Assembly: GCA_951406725.2 (NCBI GenBank)
Contig: OX597830.1
Coordinates: 28,830,001-28,894,000 of the forward strand
Direction of reading: 5' to 3'
Length of the DNA: 64,000 nt
Source: Octopus vulgaris
Taxonomy: Eukaryota
Position 1 is the stretch's first letter. Each line of letters starts with the position of its first letter. The notes below the pieces were generated by a model that did no database searches, was not told the DNA's origin, and saw nothing but the letters and a program-made list of their open reading frames with translations. Below, in pieces: positions 59,715 through 64,000 of the stretch. The position numbers and the translations under genes were made by a program.

Positions 59715-59805
59715 GTACTAGGGGCGATTCGTTCGACTAAAACTCTTCGAGGCGTTGCTCCAGCATGGCTGCAGTCGGGTGACTGAAACGAGTAAAATAA
59801 TAAAA
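59715..59805 (+). mobile_element. SINE family A 3' end
   Basis: gttcgactaaa..gctccagcatggctgcagtc..gactgaaac. Confidence 0.7.
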
Positions 59806-60044
59806 GAAAACATATAAATAAACATGCGATGTGTTCGATATCTAACGCAGGACACATTGTGCACTTGCAAAGGAAATGTCGATTTGATGGAATGAAACAT
59901 CTTATTCGCAGCTCAAACATTCGTTCACTGTCAACAAATCATCTGGGCAGATTGTTCAGCATGAAATTGTAGAACCGTCATTCTCAGATCAAGAGATTTC
60001 CATTATTATTATTATACGTATATATATATATATATAGGCATATA

Positions 60045-60435
60045 AGCGCAGGAGTGGCTGTGTGGTAAGAATATTGCTTCCCCACCACATGGCTATGGGT
60101 TCAGTCCTACTGCGTGGTACCTTGGCCAAGTGTTGTCTACTACAGCCTTGGGCTGTAGACAGAAACCGAAATAAACACATGGTGTATAGAAGCGGCGAGC
60201 TGGTAGAAACGTTAGCACACCGGGCGAAATGCTTAGCGGTATTTCGTCTGCCGCTACGTTCTGAGTTCAAATTCCACCGAGGTCGACTTTGCCTTTCATC
60301 CTTTCGGGATTGATAAATTAAGTACCATTTACGCACTAGGGTCGATGTAATCGGCTTCATCCCTTTGTCTGTCCTTGTATGTCCTCCCTATATTTAGCCT
60401 CTTGTGGGCAGTAAAAAAATAAGAAACACGTCATG

Positions 60436-60471
<36 letters not shown>

Positions 60472-60722
60472 TGTATGTATGTATGTATGTATGTATGCAT
60501 GCATGCATGCATGCATGTATGTATGTATGCGTATCTGCATTTTTCTGACAACTGATGCTGTTGTGTTTACGTCCCCGTAACTTAGCGGTTCGGCAAAAGA
60601 GATCGATAGAAGAAGTACTAGGCTTACGAAGAATAAGTCCTGCGGTCGATTAGTTCGACTGACGGTGGTGCTCCAGCATGGTTGCAGTCAAATGACTGAA
60701 ACAAGTAAAAGAGAAAAAAGAG
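60045..60722 (+). mobile_element. SINE family A interrupted by a family B copy
   Basis: A head at 60045-60165 and A tail at 60540-60722 flank the B copy. Confidence 0.85.
60189..60425 (+). mobile_element. SINE family B, nested
   Basis: gcggcgagctggtagaaacgttagc through ttgtgggcagtaaa. Confidence 0.92.
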
Positions 60723-60735
60723 ATATTCTAGATAC

Positions 60736-60862
60736 AGGCGCAGGAGTGGCTCTGTGGTAAGAAGCTTGTTTCTCAATCACATGGTTCCGGATTCAGTCCC
60801 ACTGCATGGCACCTTGGGCAAATGTCTTCGCGTATAGCCTAAGGCCGACCAAGGCCTTGTAA
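60736..60862 (+). mobile_element. SINE family A, 5' half
   Basis: aggcgcaggagtggctctgtggtaag..ggccgaccaaggccttgt. Confidence 0.85.
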
Positions 60863-61297
60863 ATGAATGGAGGAATAAGAGAATATATATATCAAAACTG
60901 CGAATATTTTGAGCGACGAATATAATGCTTTTACATAACCTTCTCATATGTGAGCTCGATTCAAATCCCGGTTGCTATTAACTAAGTCTTTGCTCACATC
61001 GGTATTGATACAAGGAGTATCTAGTTAGTCTTGGGATATTTCATGTATCGATTTGTCTCTCTTTCTATCTAATTTTTATCTGGAATATAAGCTTCAAACC
61101 GTATCATGTTCCGTCTCGCAGATTCGGTTTGTTAATTACTTAATGGTTAAACATATCTGCTGATTGATATCATTATTTATCCGTTAAATCTTCCTTGTTC
61201 CAGCCTCTAAAAAAATCTTCTGTACTTCATATGAATACAATAAAAGTACAATGCAAATGAAAGGTTGATATGCGTGACGAATACACTTACTCGGATC

Positions 61298-61705
61298 TTT
61301 TACTTCTTTCAGTTATTTGACTACGGCCATGTTGGGGCTTCGCCCTGAAATTTAAATCGAACCTCTCGTCCCCAGTACTTATTGTTAAGTCTGATACTTA
61401 CTCTATCGGTCGCTTTTGCTGAAACGATAAGTTACGGGAATGTAAACACTCCATCAAACATCATTCAAGCGTCGGTGGGGGGGGGGGAGGGACAAACACA
61501 AATTCAAAGATACACTCACAGAGACACAATCACACCCACGAACACACTCGTGTATACACGATAGACTTCTTTCAGTTTCCGTCTGCCAAATTTACTCACA
61601 AGGCTCTGGTCGGCCTGAGACTATAGGAAGGGCACTTGCACAAGCTGCCACACAATGAGACTGAACCCTCAACCGTGTGGATGCAAAGCAAGCTTCTTAC
61701 TACAC
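61298..61705 (-). mobile_element. diverged SINE family A
   Basis: ttttacttctttcagt..cttctttcagtttccgtc..agcttcttactacac. Confidence 0.8.
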
Positions 61706-61716
61706 GCACACATATA

Positions 61717-62032
61717 AAACGATAAACGTCGCCCTTTTCAAGCCTGGCCAGACTCATGGGCCCGGATTCCCGGTTTCTGTAGCGTATGTGTTCCCCCCAG
61801 CTGGACGGGACGCCAGTCCATTGCAGCGTTACTCAAGAAACAGGAAGAGAGAGTGATAGAAAGTTGTGGCGAAAGAGAACAACATGGGTCGCCGCCCACC
61901 CCCTGCCGGAGCATCGTGGTGATTTTAGGAGTTTTCGCTCAATAATCACACACAACCCCCGGTCTGGGAATTGAAACCGCGAACCTCCGACCGCGAGTCC
62001 GCTGCCCTAACCTCTGGGCCATTGCGGCTCCA
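61717..62032 (-). mobile_element. SINE family C (tRNA-Arg(TCG)-like head)
   Basis: Minus strand tggcccagaggttagggcagcggacTCGcgg; related to 24879-25182; possible degenerate TSD acacg(c/t)aca(c/t)atata. Confidence 0.88.
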
Positions 62033-62486
62033 ACACGTACATATATAGTGTATCGATTATGAGCATGGGTTTACAAAACAAGGTTTCTGTTGTACAATTA
62101 TAACTTTTAGGTAAAAAAATGATTCCATTTATACTCAGCTAGACAAACTTTGTTACATTTATGGCAAGGTCGAAGACTTGACGATTTGTTTTGGATTATA
62201 TGTTTTTTACAGTCTAAGAAAAGGTACAATATATACTACATCTATATGAATACGTATAGACATAGACACTCACAGACATACGTCTGTGTGTTGGTAACGT
62301 TTGTGTATCTATATACGTGTTCAGGTATGTGTGTGTATGTGCATATATATACAAACATAATATATATATATGTACTTATATCTGTATATATGTTGAGGGC
62401 TTGCACCAGTAGACATACATACATACATACATGCATACATACATACATACATACAAACATACATACATGCATACATACTGACAGAA

Positions 62487-62535
<49 letters not shown>

Positions 62536-62577
62536 CACATAGATCGTTCTTCGTTTTGGACTTTCGTGTTCCTTTCC

Positions 62578-62612
62578 GTTTCCGAAGAAGAGCTATGCTC
62601 GAAACGTAAAAC
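62578..62612 (+). ncRNA. degenerate minimal type-I hammerhead motif (family H3)
   Basis: guuu-CCGAAGA-agagc(uau)gcuc-GAAA-cg-UA-aaac: all stems form, one U-to-C change in the core. Confidence 0.55.
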
Positions 62613-62874
62613 TTTTTACACTTTTCTTTCTCTGAGCGCCTTATTAATACGTTGGTTGTGCAACGTCCAAGCGTTTGTTTGTTTCTTTTTTTTTTATCGC
62701 TTTCTCAGTGTATCTTTTTTTTTTTTTATTGACTATGGCTTATATAGATAGAAGTTAAAGGATAAATAATGATATCAATCAACAGATATGTCTAACCATT
62801 TAGTAATTAACAAACCCAATCTGCGAGACAGAACATGACACTGTTTGAAGCATATATAATATATACATACGTAC

Positions 62875-62955
<81 letters not shown>

Positions 62956-63027
62956 CATATATATACATATATATACATATATATATGTATATATATACAT
63001 ATATACATATGTACACTTATGTACACG

Positions 63028-63070
<43 letters not shown>

Positions 63071-63329
63071 TTATACATATATATATATATATGTTTATAT
63101 AAGTGTGTGTATGTATGTAGCTATCTATGTTTATATCAGGTAATGTTTATGTATACATACACGCATATATACCGGCAAACACTTCCATACCTACACACTC
63201 ATACGCACATAGGCGCGCATACAAACACGCACACGCATACACAGGCACACACACATGTGTATATATATATGTGTGTGTGTGTGTGTATGTATGTATATAT
63301 ATAGGTATATATATATATATATATAGATA

Positions 63330-63362
<33 letters not shown>

Positions 63363-63830
63363 ATACGAACATGTGTATATAGGGGACCTCATAAAACTGA
63401 TAGAGATCTATACAGGATATTTCTCTACGCTGTCTAAAGTGTCACGTTACCTTTCTGTAAAAAAAAAAAAATTCTTTTTACTCTTTAAAGAATAACCATT
63501 CTCCTTACCACAATTTTAAACGTATAAGTGTTAGACTACTTCTAAATAATATTGTAGATAATTAAGTGAGTAGTGGTAAAAATAATTATTATTTTGTGCT
63601 TTATAGGCACACGGCCATCAATTTTGGGCCAGTATGGCGGTCGTGGAAATCGGCACAAGTGCTCACCTTGTACATATTTTACCGCCCCCGGAAGAGTGTA
63701 AAGCAATTCTGCAAAAATCGACATCACTTTATTTTTATCCTTTCGTGGGGTTGATAGTATAAGTATTATAACCAGGTATATACTTCCCTGGGCTTATGCC
63801 TACAGTTGGAAGTATAATATATGTATGTAC

Positions 63831-63884
<54 letters not shown>

Positions 63885-63930
63885 TTATATTTATATATTT
63901 ATATATATATAAGTATATATATACTTATAT

Positions 63931-63996
<66 letters not shown>

Positions 63997-64000
63997 TATA

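Overview
Very AT-rich eukaryotic DNA dominated by microsatellites ((TA)n, (CA)n, (GA)n, (GATA)n, (TATG)n, (AAT)n). Almost all listed ORFs are artefacts of these repeats. The repeat families resemble, from memory, those of Octopus genomes, so the organism assignment is an inference. The window holds dozens of copies of four tRNA-headed SINE families (here A-D), some in tandem or nested. It also holds an internally deleted mariner element inside an 839-bp tandem duplication, a 3' fragment of an R4/Dong-type non-LTR retrotransposon next to (AAT)n, an RTE LINE fragment, and a ~1.1-kb element with long inverted termini. No recognisable host gene is present, only a weak minus-strand exon chain (best exon 18530-18640). 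The most striking signal is structural. Three sequence families carry minimal type-I hammerhead ribozyme motifs of the Penelope-like-element kind, two of them in inverted arrangements around microsatellites. Three long fold-back palindromes each run into a (TA)n tract, and two of them share a ~60-nt structured core.
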